IMG/VR virus record: IMGVR_UViG_3300022876_000185
Length of the DNA stretch: 64,000 nucleotides
Direction: 5' to 3' (one strand)
DNA from: an uncultured virus (IMG/VR IMGVR_UViG_3300022876_000185)
Taxonomy: Duplodnaviria > Heunggongvirae > Uroviricota > Caudoviricetes
Shown here: one piece after another, positions 1 to 9,837 of the stretch
Layout of the letters: every line of letters starts with the position of its first letter
Position numbering within the stretch: position 1 is the stretch's first letter
The notes under the pieces: generated by a model
What the model saw: the letters and a program-made list of their open reading frames with translations, nothing else
What the model was told of the DNA's origin: nothing
The model's database searches: none
Made by a program: the position numbers and the translations under genes

Positions 1-555
1 ATGACAGTAGCAGTAAAAAATTTTAGTAGTATTATGAATCAAATGAGAGATGCTTATACGGGAGAGCAAACCAATGAATTTTCTTTAGCAGCATTCATTG
101 GACTTCAAGCTCCTTCATTATCAGACGCACCTGATGAATTACAAAAACTAACACAAGAATATCAGGAGAACATTAATAATTTTTATGTGCAGGAAGAATT
201 AGACTTAAAAGAAAATGTTAAGCAATTAGAAAATGATAAAAATCAAACAGCTTTTTTTGAAAATATGCGCAAGAAAAAAGAGGAAGCTTTAAAAAAATCT
301 GAAGACATGATCAATAAATACTACGATTCATTGATAGATTTTGGTGAAGAGCATCCTTCAGCCCAAACACTAATCCTTACTATTGCTGATAAAGTCGGTG
401 CCTTTATACAAGATATTATGGATAAAGTTTTAAATGTTTTTGTTACTGTTGTGGAAACTGTAAAAAATGCAATAAGTGCTGCTATTAATTTCATTTCCTC
501 TACTTTTAATTCAATTGTTAGCACTACGAAAAATTTCTTTTCTAGTTTATTTTAA
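1..555 (+). CDS. Hypothetical all-helical protein with long amphipathic C-terminus (5' end may lie outside the window)
   Basis: 184-aa ORF. Charged coiled-coil middle, then a ~60-aa amphipathic tail (FIQDIMDKVLNVFVTVV...FFSSLF). No family recognised. Confidence 0.75.
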   Translation: MTVAVKNFSSIMNQMRDAYTGEQTNEFSLAAFIGLQAPSLSDAPDELQKLTQEYQENINNFYVQEELDLKENVKQLENDKNQTAFFENMRKKKEEALKKSEDMINKYYDSLIDFGEEHPSAQTLILTIADKVGAFIQDIMDKVLNVFVTVVETVKNAISAAINFISSTFNSIVSTTKNFFSSLF

Positions 556-757
556 AAACATTCTTAGCAGGACTGTCTCTGGACAGTATTGTTTTATATT
601 TAATACACTATGTATCGTAAAGTATCACCTCAGCAACCTTTCCTAAAGATAAAATAGGAGTGAAAGTGATGAGGAGCACCTTCACTCCTGCTTATTCCTT
701 TAAATTATGCAATTCACTAAAATCGCTTCATTTGAAGTAAGGGAATATTAAACAAAA

Positions 758-797
758 AAAGCCCAGGTACTCACTTTCAAATGAGTACTTGGGCTTT
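758..797. terminator. Bidirectional intrinsic terminator downstream of the endolysin
   Basis: aaagcccaggtactca-ctttcaaa-tgagtacttgggcttt stem-loop with A/T tracts, between convergent genes. Confidence 0.8.
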
Positions 798-807
798 AAA
801 ATTACAA

Positions 808-1509
808 TTATTTTACTTCATACAATTTTGTTGTTTTGCTCTCATTGTTATAAACGAGTTTTAATCCTAAAAGATCGGCTAGCTCACGGACTTGAACATG
901 CGTCCTACCATCTATAATCACAGCAGGAATTGTTTTATCATCATTAAGCATAACTTTCGCTTCTGTAATTTGCGCACCTTTTACTTCCTCCAACCCATTC
1001 AAAATATCTAGTTTGAATTGCGCCTCGGAGATTCCCATACTCGCTAAATACGAATACGGATCTCTATGTGTTGTGCCTTTCAAATTATCCGTAATCCATC
1101 GATGTGACTTGATGCCATTACCTGCCCCATCCAACACAACAGGTATTCCAGCCTCTTTTGCAAGCTCTCTCAACAACCAGATGTAAGCAGCATAGTCCTT
1201 CTTGAATTGCTCTTTATCAGAAGTACGAGCCAATTCCACCTGGGCATAGCTAAGTGGATTACCTTTTGGACCACAACCATACTGCAACCTGCCAACTGGC
1301 GCAATTTGCACGATACGTCCTCCTCCACCTACCCAGTGAGACGTAAAAGCATTAGCTTTATTACGGTTCATATAAACAATTTCATTTTCTAAAGCATTTG
1401 GACCTGTGTTATTAATATTACCTGATTCATGGGCAATGACATATTTTACTGCCGTTAAAGCCTTATTAGGTAGTCCTGACATTAAGCGTTGTTCAATTGT
1501 GGATGTCAT
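808..1509 (-). CDS. Endolysin, N-acetylmuramoyl-L-alanine amidase (Amidase_2) with C-terminal wall-binding domain
   Basis: VIAHESGN, AFTSHWV, QVEL and THRDP motifs; directly follows the holin. Confidence 0.9.
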   Translation of the reverse strand: MTSTIEQRLMSGLPNKALTAVKYVIAHESGNINNTGPNALENEIVYMNRNKANAFTSHWVGGGGRIVQIAPVGRLQYGCGPKGNPLSYAQVELARTSDKEQFKKDYAAYIWLLRELAKEAGIPVVLDGAGNGIKSHRWITDNLKGTTHRDPYSYLASMGISEAQFKLDILNGLEEVKGAQITEAKVMLNDDKTIPAVIIDGRTHVQVRELADLLGLKLVYNNESKTTKLYEVK

Positions 1510-1763
1510 TTCACACCATCCTTTTTGTTATATTCCATCGCTCTTTCGCTATCATTTAGTCCTGGCGTTGTTGGATCACTCACTACGCCAAATAAAACTA
1601 ACATGGCAAGCACAGTATTGAAGATATCTGTTACTTGTTCATTGTAAATCGTTGTATTATACCCAAAAAGCGCTCCGATTTGTTGAATTAATAACAGTAA
1701 TAACGAAAATGTCCCAAAAAGAAATGGCTTGTGTTTTAGACGTATTTTCCAGTTAATTTTCAT
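1506..1763 (-). CDS. Phage holin (phi LC3 family)
   Basis: MKINWKIRLK...DPTTPGLNDS, two TM segments. Confidence 0.9.
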   Translation of the reverse strand: MKINWKIRLKHKPFLFGTFSLLLLLIQQIGALFGYNTTIYNEQVTDIFNTVLAMLVLFGVVSDPTTPGLNDSERAMEYNKKDGVK

Positions 1764-1764
1764 A

Positions 1765-1965
1765 TTAAATCGTTCCTCCTTTTATAATATAGGTCAACAA
1801 TGCTCCCACTAGTCCACCAATAACTAATCTTAAAATCCAAGTTGTATTATCTTTAATTCCACCAATATCTTCTCTAATTTCCCTGATATTTGATTCAGCA
1901 ACGGCTAAGCGAGTTTTCACATCATTCATATCATGTTCTAACTTCCCAATACGTTGTTCATCCAT
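1765..1965 (-). CDS. xhlA: Hemolysin XhlA family lysis protein
   Basis: Likely start MDEQRIGK at 1965 after GAGGTG; coiled coil plus C-terminal TM (NTTWILRLVIGGLV). Confidence 0.8.
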   Translation of the reverse strand: MDEQRIGKLEHDMNDVKTRLAVAESNIREIREDIGGIKDNTTWILRLVIGGLVGALLTYIIKGGTI

Positions 1966-2029
1966 TAGTTCACCTCGGAAATCAATATAAAAGCCCTCAC
2001 ATCTACCTGTGAAGGCATAAAAAATAACG

Positions 2030-2197
2030 CTAAGCCTCTGCTTGCGTTTTCTGTTCATCCATTACAGTTAGTAACCCTGTATATTCATCATCTTTCAATT
2101 GGTTATTAGCATAAAAAACATTCACCTTATTTAACATAGCCTCATGCTCATAACGTTTGCGATCAATTAAAAATTTACATAGTTCATAGACTGACAT
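2030..2197 (-). CDS. Small XkdX-like phage protein (55 aa, not in the ORF track)
   Basis: MSVYELCKFLIDRKRYEHEAMLNKVNVFYANNQLKDDEYTGLL...; GGAGG RBS; lies between the fibre module and lysis genes. Confidence 0.65.
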   Translation of the reverse strand: MSVYELCKFLIDRKRYEHEAMLNKVNVFYANNQLKDDEYTGLLTVMDEQKTQAEA

Positions 2198-2198
2198 T

Positions 2199-2480
2199 CT
2201 ACATTCCTCCTAATAATTCACTTCTTGAAACTAGATATTCTGTATTAAGTAATGTTTTTGCCTGCATTTCCTCTAAAGTTGGTGTTGGTTCTATTGGTGT
2301 TGGCTCAGGTACAACTGGTGCAGTAAAATCCCTTGTTTCCTCGTCGTAGTCCCAGCCCTCTTGTATCTCTGGTTTGTCTGTAATGTCAATAATGACAATA
2401 TCAGGCGCAAACTCTGGAACTGTCTCTGCTTCAAAAATCCAATGCGCTTTGCCCCATAATATTTGTACGTATCGTTTCAT
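2199..2480 (-). CDS. Putative tail fibre assembly/chaperone protein
   Basis: IIDITDKPEIQEGWDYD..FTAP motif; follows the fibre genes. Confidence 0.6.
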   Translation of the reverse strand: MKRYVQILWGKAHWIFEAETVPEFAPDIVIIDITDKPEIQEGWDYDEETRDFTAPVVPEPTPIEPTPTLEEMQAKTLLNTEYLVSRSELLGGM

Positions 2481-2481
2481 G

Positions 2482-3123
2482 TTATTCCCACCATTTCACT
2501 GTTAGTATGCCGTCGCCGCCTTTGCCTCCAATGTAGCCGCCAGCAGTTCCTCCGTTACCACCAACACCAATCGTTACCGCCATACTTGCCAAAGGCGTCA
2601 CTGATACTTTGTGATCGTATACAAAATGACCGCCACCGCCACCAGCGGCTATTGAGGTATTGTTTAAGGCTGTGGCACCCCCTCCACCAGAACAATTGCC
2701 CCCGTTTCTTGAGCTTTGGCTAAGAGAGCTCGCCGCACCGTACCCGCCGTGGTAGGGTCCGCTATTCCCGCCGTTTCCTGCGCCAAAAAATTGATTGGTG
2801 TAACTATTATAAGGACCTTGACCACTTTGACCACCAGGACCGCCAGCGCCACCACCTATTGAGCTCTCTAGACCAGCAGTACTAGCGCTACCACCGCCGC
2901 CGCCATTAAGAGACAGTAAAGCGCCAAATGAGGTTATGCCCCCAGCGGTTCCGTTTGCCGCAATTCCAGAAGTACCCTGACTAGCGCTGCCTCCACCACC
3001 AGCGCCGCCGCCTGTTAGGTACACTTCGGTTACGCCCGCGGGTACTGTAAACGTGCCGCTTGCGGAAAAGGTTTGGGACTTCATTACCTTGCCGCCACCT
3101 AAATATGTTTTAACACCTGTCAT
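2482..3123 (-). CDS. Glycine-rich tail-associated protein
   Basis: TFSASGTFTVPAGVT...GGGGG repeats...GGDGILTVKW; phage glycine-rich domain. Confidence 0.75.
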   Translation of the reverse strand: MTGVKTYLGGGKVMKSQTFSASGTFTVPAGVTEVYLTGGGAGGGGSASQGTSGIAANGTAGGITSFGALLSLNGGGGGSASTAGLESSIGGGAGGPGGQSGQGPYNSYTNQFFGAGNGGNSGPYHGGYGAASSLSQSSRNGGNCSGGGGATALNNTSIAAGGGGGHFVYDHKVSVTPLASMAVTIGVGGNGGTAGGYIGGKGGDGILTVKWWE

Positions 3124-5798
3124 GTAATCACATCCTCGTCAATGATAATGTATAGTCCGCCTTCGTCTTTACCGAAACGGTAACTTTGGCTGTTTTGTAT
3201 ATTTGCTGCTTGTGCTCCTAATTTTGCTGCTGTAGTAACAAGCGATTGTATAACACCGCCTAACTTGTCTGCATATTCAACTGTTATAACGTTCGTTGGT
3301 ACTGATACACAATATTTCTCCTGTGGTATATAATCAACTGTATATACGGCTGTTGGGTCAAAAAGATTTGCATCTAATAATGCGCGTACAGACCCTGCAA
3401 TGGCTACGTTCTCAATTCTCCAGGTATAGTCGGGTTTTCCGTTTTTGTAGACCTGTAGAATGTTAGCAGTATTGTAAGCTAGTGGGCTTTGTGTCTGTGT
3501 ATTGATCTCGTAACGATTGTACACAGTGCCATCTGGCGTTGTCGTTTTGTAATGGTACGGCTTTGTTACTTCACGTACGATACGACCCTCGCTAACGACT
3601 AGCTTGTTTTCGCCTTCGTCTAGTGTTAGGCTTCCAGCTGTGGCTACGACCTCTGATACAGGCGTTTTGAGTAAGTAACGTAACTTGTAAGGTTGCCAGC
3701 TTGCTTTGTTGTTAGCAAATGTTGTAGGTGCTGTGCTAACTGTTCGGTAGGCAGAATCAAATGTATCGTTTACACGGGAAATAGGGTACCAATACTTAGT
3801 GCCCTTCGCGGTTTCATACAGTTCATTTCTGCCGCCTGCTCCGTCTGCGTACATTTTCCAGCCCATGAAGTACGCCTTAATTTCGGCGGGTGTCGGTTGG
3901 TAGGTAGGTCCCCAGCCACTTTCTGTGTCCGCTATGGAGATTCGCAGTTCGCCGCCGTCAACGGTAGCTATACGTGAGTCTAGATAAAAGGTATCATTGC
4001 CGCTATTACCTGTAGTGTAGTTAAGTTGCTTACAAACAGCACCATTAAACTTAATTAAGGTAGCAGGTATGTCGTTACCTACTAGCCCCAGGGCAATGTC
4101 TACGAGGTGTAGCCCTGTTTGTATACCGATATATCTAGCGTTGACGTCCCCCAGCTCTATCGTTTCGTATTTCTTCGTTTTGACTAGTTGCCCCGCCACG
4201 TCGACTTTTAACGACTCGCCTGTATGCAAAGTCGTTTTCACGGTCAATGCTTCGCGTACCTGTGGCTTGTACGCAGCTGGCGTTGATCCTTTGACCATCA
4301 TAGGACTAGATACATAGCCACCCGCAGTTGTCATAAATACAATACGAATAAAGTTAATCCCTGCGGGTACCGTAAACGTACAGTTCATGTTCCCATTTTG
4401 TACCGTGCTTTCCTCGAATAAAGTTGTAAGTTGATCGGCGTCTAAATGGCTGCCCTTGTTGGTCGTGATCTTTACCTGGGCGTTACGTATACAAGAAAAC
4501 GTGTATTTTGTACCAGGCACGACGGGTACAAGTACGCGGGGGTTTGAGGTAGCTTCCCATGACGTCCCTGTATGGTCGATCACTGTTAAATACATCCAAC
4601 CAGGTACGTGAACTGCACCGCCCATGTGGAACGCAGGTATCAAGTTATCGCGAATGTTTTCTATTGTCGGGTTTGTAATACCCTGCATATTTGCGACAAA
4701 GGGTAGGGCTGTATTACCTTCGTTAATCTGTACATTTTCTGCTGTAAATGTGCCTGTTTTACGCCCAGTATCAGGTTCTAAAATCGAAAGTGCTATTTTT
4801 ATAATGGACGTGTCTGTTGGTACTGTGAATGATTGGGACACGCCGTTGATATACACAGGTACACGTGAATGAAGCCCGTTCGCTGTGTAATAGTCAATAT
4901 ACGCATTAAATGTACTAATCATAGACATGATGTATGTCTTACCTGGTACAAGACCCGTAATATAGGACCATGCAGTAGCAATCGGCTTTGTAATATCGTT
5001 CACTGTAACCGACAACTTGTTCGGTCGTACAACCATTATCGTTGTCGTTGCTGTGTTCTCTGTTAACACCCATGTACCACCATCGAATAACGGGGCATAG
5101 TTGGTAATCGTACGACCGTCTAGCCCTACCACAGAGCAAAGGGTTTTGACAGGTGCATTAATTTCATTCGCTCCACGCTCTAAAACTTCAGAAATGGGCT
5201 CATGAAAACCCAAACTTTCCACTATGTCATTTAATTCATGTTGAATTTCATTAACTGCACCAACAGTATCCTTTTTATAATCTGTTTCCAGCTTACTTGT
5301 ATCACCAATTCGTGAATCGAGATAGTTAAACTTTTTGTCTACATACTCCTGACTAGCAATAATCACAGTAGGATCAATATTTAACTTAACAACATTGGCG
5401 TTATTTGTTTCGATAACAAAATGAATTATGGTTTCTTCTGCCACACCCTCAATTAGTTGTGGTTTGTATTTTTCAGGATATTGGCCAACTGCAATCAAAA
5501 ATCCTTCGTTATCAAATACGCCAATTTCACGTATAGTAAATCCTCCGACAGTTACTGGAATAACTGCCTTAACAGTAATCCTGTTGTTATTTTTCGGATC
5601 AATTGATACGTCAACAACAGGCCCCCTCCATACTTCATTAACTAGAGCTGTTTGGTTTTGCGTGGGTACATAATGTGCACCGTTTCCATCACCCAGTGCG
5701 ATATTTTCTAAACCTACTTTTGATTGGGTAACTTGTGCATTTGCTATTTTAGCTAGCCCGATATTGGTGATTAATGTTCCATATTGTGCTTGAACCAC
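3120..5798 (-). CDS. Tail fibre / receptor-binding protein
   Basis: N-terminal P2 gpH/DUF3751-like anchor (LITNIGLAKIANA...GGFTIREIGVFD), then beta-rich carbohydrate-binding-like repeats. Confidence 0.85.
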   Translation of the reverse strand: MVQAQYGTLITNIGLAKIANAQVTQSKVGLENIALGDGNGAHYVPTQNQTALVNEVWRGPVVDVSIDPKNNNRITVKAVIPVTVGGFTIREIGVFDNEGFLIAVGQYPEKYKPQLIEGVAEETIIHFVIETNNANVVKLNIDPTVIIASQEYVDKKFNYLDSRIGDTSKLETDYKKDTVGAVNEIQHELNDIVESLGFHEPISEVLERGANEINAPVKTLCSVVGLDGRTITNYAPLFDGGTWVLTENTATTTIMVVRPNKLSVTVNDITKPIATAWSYITGLVPGKTYIMSMISTFNAYIDYYTANGLHSRVPVYINGVSQSFTVPTDTSIIKIALSILEPDTGRKTGTFTAENVQINEGNTALPFVANMQGITNPTIENIRDNLIPAFHMGGAVHVPGWMYLTVIDHTGTSWEATSNPRVLVPVVPGTKYTFSCIRNAQVKITTNKGSHLDADQLTTLFEESTVQNGNMNCTFTVPAGINFIRIVFMTTAGGYVSSPMMVKGSTPAAYKPQVREALTVKTTLHTGESLKVDVAGQLVKTKKYETIELGDVNARYIGIQTGLHLVDIALGLVGNDIPATLIKFNGAVCKQLNYTTGNSGNDTFYLDSRIATVDGGELRISIADTESGWGPTYQPTPAEIKAYFMGWKMYADGAGGRNELYETAKGTKYWYPISRVNDTFDSAYRTVSTAPTTFANNKASWQPYKLRYLLKTPVSEVVATAGSLTLDEGENKLVVSEGRIVREVTKPYHYKTTTPDGTVYNRYEINTQTQSPLAYNTANILQVYKNGKPDYTWRIENVAIAGSVRALLDANLFDPTAVYTVDYIPQEKYCVSVPTNVITVEYADKLGGVIQSLVTTAAKLGAQAANIQNSQSYRFGKDEGGLYIIIDEDVIT

Positions 5799-5813
5799 AA
5801 TATCACTCCTTTC

Positions 5814-6425
5814 TTAAAATGGTGTAAGAGTAATTGTCGATGCTGTTTGAACACCTACTAAACTATTGCTTTGTGTATAAGATTCTAGATTATCGATATT
5901 CATTGGGTATAAAGTTATCTCTGAACCTGTTGAGAGGTAACTTGGCAAGAATAAATTTGTCATCAAACGTCTTGCAACTTTTAAATCCATATTTAATGGA
6001 ATAATCTGTTCAAGTGTTAAATCAATTTCTCTATTTAAAGTGGCATCCGTCGCATCAAAAACAAAAGTGGTTGTACAAATTTCAGCATCTAAATATTCTT
6101 CAAAATTTGAATGCCCTACTAGTTCTGTTAGGATTTCATGAACCTTTCTTTGAGTAACCGGTAACCTCGTTGACTGTCTTACTATTAATCGTCGTCTACG
6201 GAAATCTAATGACTCTGTTGAAGGATCTGCAAGAATATCATATCCTCGCTCACGCATTCGTAAGAACTTTTCACTGGCTGTCATAATAAATTGTTCGATT
6301 TCTACTTGTTTACGTGCGACATCCAAGTTGTCTAATTCAACGGCTACTGTCTCTGTAAGTTCGTCTGTTTCTTTAATGCCATCATAAATATCTGGCAAAT
6401 TTCGTGCGACTCGATTATCAAGCAT
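5814..6425 (-). CDS. Baseplate wedge protein, XkdU/YmfQ (DUF2313)-like
   Basis: ESLDFRRRRL and IIPLNM motifs; synteny after baseplate J. Confidence 0.8.
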   Translation of the reverse strand: MLDNRVARNLPDIYDGIKETDELTETVAVELDNLDVARKQVEIEQFIMTASEKFLRMRERGYDILADPSTESLDFRRRRLIVRQSTRLPVTQRKVHEILTELVGHSNFEEYLDAEICTTTFVFDATDATLNREIDLTLEQIIPLNMDLKVARRLMTNLFLPSYLSTGSEITLYPMNIDNLESYTQSNSLVGVQTASTITLTPF

Positions 6426-7476
6426 CCAAAATCACCGTCCCAAGTACAGGAACTTGATTGTGAGCTAAATTGAAATTACTATCTTGTCCATTAATTGTTG
6501 ATTCCAATACATCGCCAATTCCAACAATATCTAGCAATCTAGATTCGATTTGTAGCTGCCTAACAATTATAAAATTCGCATTTTGCCAATCTTTTCTGAG
6601 TGAAAAGAAATAATCTCTAATTGCATCTTCCACCTCATTTTGAAGTTGCCCTATTGTCACATTGGAGATGACTAATTTTAAATAAATATCAGTAGTAACT
6701 GTTTCAATTCCACTCACCGTTACCCGATGACCATATGGAGCAACTCCTAGCCCTTCTCCACTATTCACAACTGGATCTAATATCGTTTGCACTTCCTCAA
6801 TTAATGAAGCTGTTGGAGGGTTAAAATCTGAATTAATAATGGTTATTCCGACTGTACCTCCACCTGTTGGAGTACGATATGGCTTAACACCTCCAACACC
6901 ATGAATGCTCATAACTTTTTGGATATAATCATCCCGATTGCCTCCATACGGTATTTGCTTTCGAGTGAGGAAAAAACGTCTACGGAAATCCTCCGTAGGT
7001 TCTTCATCTTCACCAGGTATGAATAGCTCTGTTAGTTCTGCTGTCTCAAGACCATCAATGTATTCAATTGGAATTAAGGCACCGAACTGTGTATTACCGA
7101 TCACGCCTGTTGTCTCGCATTGCATTTCATAAACACCTGGAGCAATTCGCTGGATGGCTATATAATCTAATTCGCCAAGTGAAAATCGAGACCCAATAGG
7201 AATATCTTTGCTGAACACACCTTTCAATATGGCATTGGTTGCTTTATAAGGATAGACACCGTATTCTTCTGCTCTTTTTATTAAATTTGGACGGGATGCT
7301 GTTTCAGGAAATGTCTCTAAAATAATACTGTCTAACGCTATATACATCTCTTGAAGTTCTTTCGCTGTCATTGCTCCTGTATCATAGATAATGGCACCTT
7401 CCCGTTTATCTACATCATTACTGATTCGCTCTAACATACGTTCAACAATCACTTCAAAGCTTTGATGCTCAAACAT
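6418..7476 (-). CDS. xkdT: Baseplate J/gp47 family protein (XkdT-like)
   Basis: DKREGAIIYD, GEDEE.TEDFRRRF, GGNRDDY and APYGHRVTV motifs. Confidence 0.9.
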   Translation of the reverse strand: MFEHQSFEVIVERMLERISNDVDKREGAIIYDTGAMTAKELQEMYIALDSIILETFPETASRPNLIKRAEEYGVYPYKATNAILKGVFSKDIPIGSRFSLGELDYIAIQRIAPGVYEMQCETTGVIGNTQFGALIPIEYIDGLETAELTELFIPGEDEEPTEDFRRRFFLTRKQIPYGGNRDDYIQKVMSIHGVGGVKPYRTPTGGGTVGITIINSDFNPPTASLIEEVQTILDPVVNSGEGLGVAPYGHRVTVSGIETVTTDIYLKLVISNVTIGQLQNEVEDAIRDYFFSLRKDWQNANFIIVRQLQIESRLLDIVGIGDVLESTINGQDSNFNLAHNQVPVLGTVILDA

Positions 7477-7889
7477 TATGCAACCACCACCTCTTTTGTA
7501 ACTTCAATTTCTCCCACAATCGTATGAGCTGTTAATTGAACATATACTTTATGCTTCACATGACTAAAAGAAAAAGCATCAACACTATGGATGCGATCAT
7601 CTTGTGTTAATGCTTCTGTTATCAAACTTTTTAGTTCGCTATACACATAGGGTATAGGCTGGCCGAACAGTTTTGCTATTTCAGCACCGTAATTCCATGA
7701 ATAAATTAAATGGTCATAACGCTCTGTACTTAACGCTTTATATATAGCCTTTTCAATGGCTTCTCGTCCATCTGCATAGCCGATAATGCGCTTTCGTTCT
7801 AAATCCAGTTTGTAGGTACGAGAGGGTTGAACCATTTCCTCAAAATCTGCTGTTAATTCTTCTTCAAATCCATTTTGTGGAATCATCAA
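7476..7889 (-). CDS. xkdS: XkdS/DUF2634 baseplate protein
   Basis: KALSTERYDHLIYSWNYGAE and EALTQDDRI motifs. Confidence 0.85.
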   Translation of the reverse strand: MMIPQNGFEEELTADFEEMVQPSRTYKLDLERKRIIGYADGREAIEKAIYKALSTERYDHLIYSWNYGAEIAKLFGQPIPYVYSELKSLITEALTQDDRIHSVDAFSFSHVKHKVYVQLTAHTIVGEIEVTKEVVVA

Positions 7890-8224
7890 ACCACCTCTTT
7901 ATCTATGATTAAAAATTGTTGTCCTCCATGAACACGGAACATCGTCACTTTGTCACCTTGTTTTAGGCCGTTATAAACTTTATAAATCTGCTTAGTTCCA
8001 CCATTCACACTCATTTCTACCTCATGATCCATTACAGCGCGAGTTAGTTTTAGGTGTTCCTCTCTAAGTGTCAACTTTTGATCAATTTGGACTTCTAATG
8101 GGTTTATACTTAAAACAGTGCCATAAACAACCGTAGTGAGCTTTTGAGCATTGATAACACCCAAAACTAGCTTTTGGATTTCTTTTAATATGTCCTCCAT
8201 ACTATGCAATGAAATCACCACCAA
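7886..8224 (-). CDS. xkdR: XkdR/DUF2577 spike-associated protein (true start probably 8200)
   Basis: GTVLSINPLEVQID...GLKQGDKV.M.R.HGGQQF. Confidence 0.8.
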   Translation of the reverse strand: MVVISLHSMEDILKEIQKLVLGVINAQKLTTVVYGTVLSINPLEVQIDQKLTLREEHLKLTRAVMDHEVEMSVNGGTKQIYKVYNGLKQGDKVTMFRVHGGQQFLIIDKEVV

Positions 8225-9164
8225 TCAATTTTAAATCCATGCGATGATCAGACTCTTTGAAGGTATGCCTCACTGTTTCAACCATCATGAAGTTGGCCAC
8301 AGTTAAGTCTCCAACGTACAACTGAACAGCTACTTGACTACCACCTCGTATAATTGGATTTCCAAATACTTTATTGATGTGTAACTTTCGTGTTTTTTGG
8401 TTATAAAGCTTTAACATCCCATCAGCTTTAGCTTTGCCGTTATCCTTTTCTCCAAGGCTATCAGTTAGTTGAAGTACACCCCATTGATTAATATGGCTTC
8501 CATCTTTAACGATGTAGACATCACGCCTACCTGTCTTTTTATTCTCGCGTACTAATTTAATTTTGTTGTACGTATTTTCGTCAATGGATGTCGTGTATTC
8601 AAATGACTCACCTGATTCTTGATCTATCAGCAAATCTGTTTTAAGTGTCCTAGCTTCACGTAAATTCAAAACTCCGAAGTCATCATACAGTACATATAAC
8701 CTTTTAGTATTGAGCGTTGTTTCAGCTAATGCATTTGCCATGATGGTAAAAAGCTCTTGGTTATCCTCGACCATAGCAGGGATAACATGCTTTGTATTAT
8801 CTACCGTGCCAGTCTTTAACCGAAAGTCTTTTGCAATCATTTGAAGTACTTGGGCAGCCGTCTTTTTGGAATACTCATACGTGTTTTTATTTTTAAAGTA
8901 GCGCAGCTGATCGTAGCAAGTAACAGTGATAACCCTATTATTTGTACGCTTCTTGGTAAAAACAAATCCGTAAAATATCTTATGACCATCATATTTGAAA
9001 CGAACTTCATCACCCTCATGAAAACTAAGTACATCATCTTTAATCACATTGAACGTTAATTTACCTGGTGTACCTTTCCGGTGTGTTTCCCATACAATTC
9101 CTTCCTCTACAGCACATTCATACAGTTGCCCTTTACTCGATATATACAATTGTGATTTAGCCAA
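8202..9164 (-). CDS. xkdQ: XkdQ/YqbQ baseplate hub protein
   Basis: RKGTPGKLTF, CYDQLRYFKNK and WGVLQ motifs. Confidence 0.85.
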   Translation of the reverse strand: MAKSQLYISSKGQLYECAVEEGIVWETHRKGTPGKLTFNVIKDDVLSFHEGDEVRFKYDGHKIFYGFVFTKKRTNNRVITVTCYDQLRYFKNKNTYEYSKKTAAQVLQMIAKDFRLKTGTVDNTKHVIPAMVEDNQELFTIMANALAETTLNTKRLYVLYDDFGVLNLREARTLKTDLLIDQESGESFEYTTSIDENTYNKIKLVRENKKTGRRDVYIVKDGSHINQWGVLQLTDSLGEKDNGKAKADGMLKLYNQKTRKLHINKVFGNPIIRGGSQVAVQLYVGDLTVANFMMVETVRHTFKESDHRMDLKLIGGDFIA

Positions 9165-9837
9165 GTTTTATCACCTGCCCTGCTCTAATAACGTTAGGAT
9201 TGCTGATATTATTGATTTTTGCTAATTCAGTGTATTTAGAGCCATCACCTAAATACTTCTTAGCAATGGCCCACAATGTTTCGCCTGATTTTACAGTATG
9301 TGTTTTTGGTGTTTCTTTGCCTGTTGTTGGCCTTTTCTGCTCTACTACAGCTTTAGTTGCCGTCTTTGTACTACTATTGGTCTTTGTAGCAGCTTTCAAA
9401 TTGATTTTTTTATTACCATAATCTCGATACTGCTTTAACTGGATTCGTACATTGACATCAAAGCCGTTTTCAGCAGATTCTAGTATTTCATAATCTTCAA
9501 GTGTCACGATCATATCGGTGTCAAAAAGTAGATTGCCATTTGGCATCATACGATTAACTACAAACTTAAAGGGTTTGTCGGAGTTTTTTAATTTCTTTAG
9601 TTTATCCAGATAAAATGCCGCTGGTTGAAAACTACTCGGATAAACAGAAAACGGATATTTGACGTTAGGCAGTAATACCTCAAAATCTATATTCGTTAGC
9701 CCAGTTTTTTTTATGACATTTACTTCTCCTTCATTCATTAACACAGTAGTTTCGTTTCTTCCATTAATCTTCAGAGATAGTTCAGAAGGTGCAATAGGAA
9801 ACTGTATACTGTCTAGAAAAAAATTATACATCTTCAA
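9157..9837 (-). CDS. xkdP: XkdP-like tail tube initiator with C-terminal LysM
   Basis: HTVKSGETLWAIAKKYLGDGSKY...NPNVIRAGQVI LysM domain. Confidence 0.9.
   Translation of the reverse strand: MKMYNFFLDSIQFPIAPSELSLKINGRNETTVLMNEGEVNVIKKTGLTNIDFEVLLPNVKYPFSVYPSSFQPAAFYLDKLKKLKNSDKPFKFVVNRMMPNGNLLFDTDMIVTLEDYEILESAENGFDVNVRIQLKQYRDYGNKKINLKAATKTNSSTKTATKAVVEQKRPTTGKETPKTHTVKSGETLWAIAKKYLGDGSKYTELAKINNISNPNVIRAGQVIKLG

Noticed and set aside
1966..2058. N-terminal extension of the xhlA ORF given in the track
   Set aside because: It overlaps the XkdX-like gene and a hairpin; the RBS supports a start at 1965.
3120..5798. Diversity-generating retroelement or invertible fibre switch
   Set aside because: No reverse transcriptase, invertase or duplicated template/variable region seen by eye.
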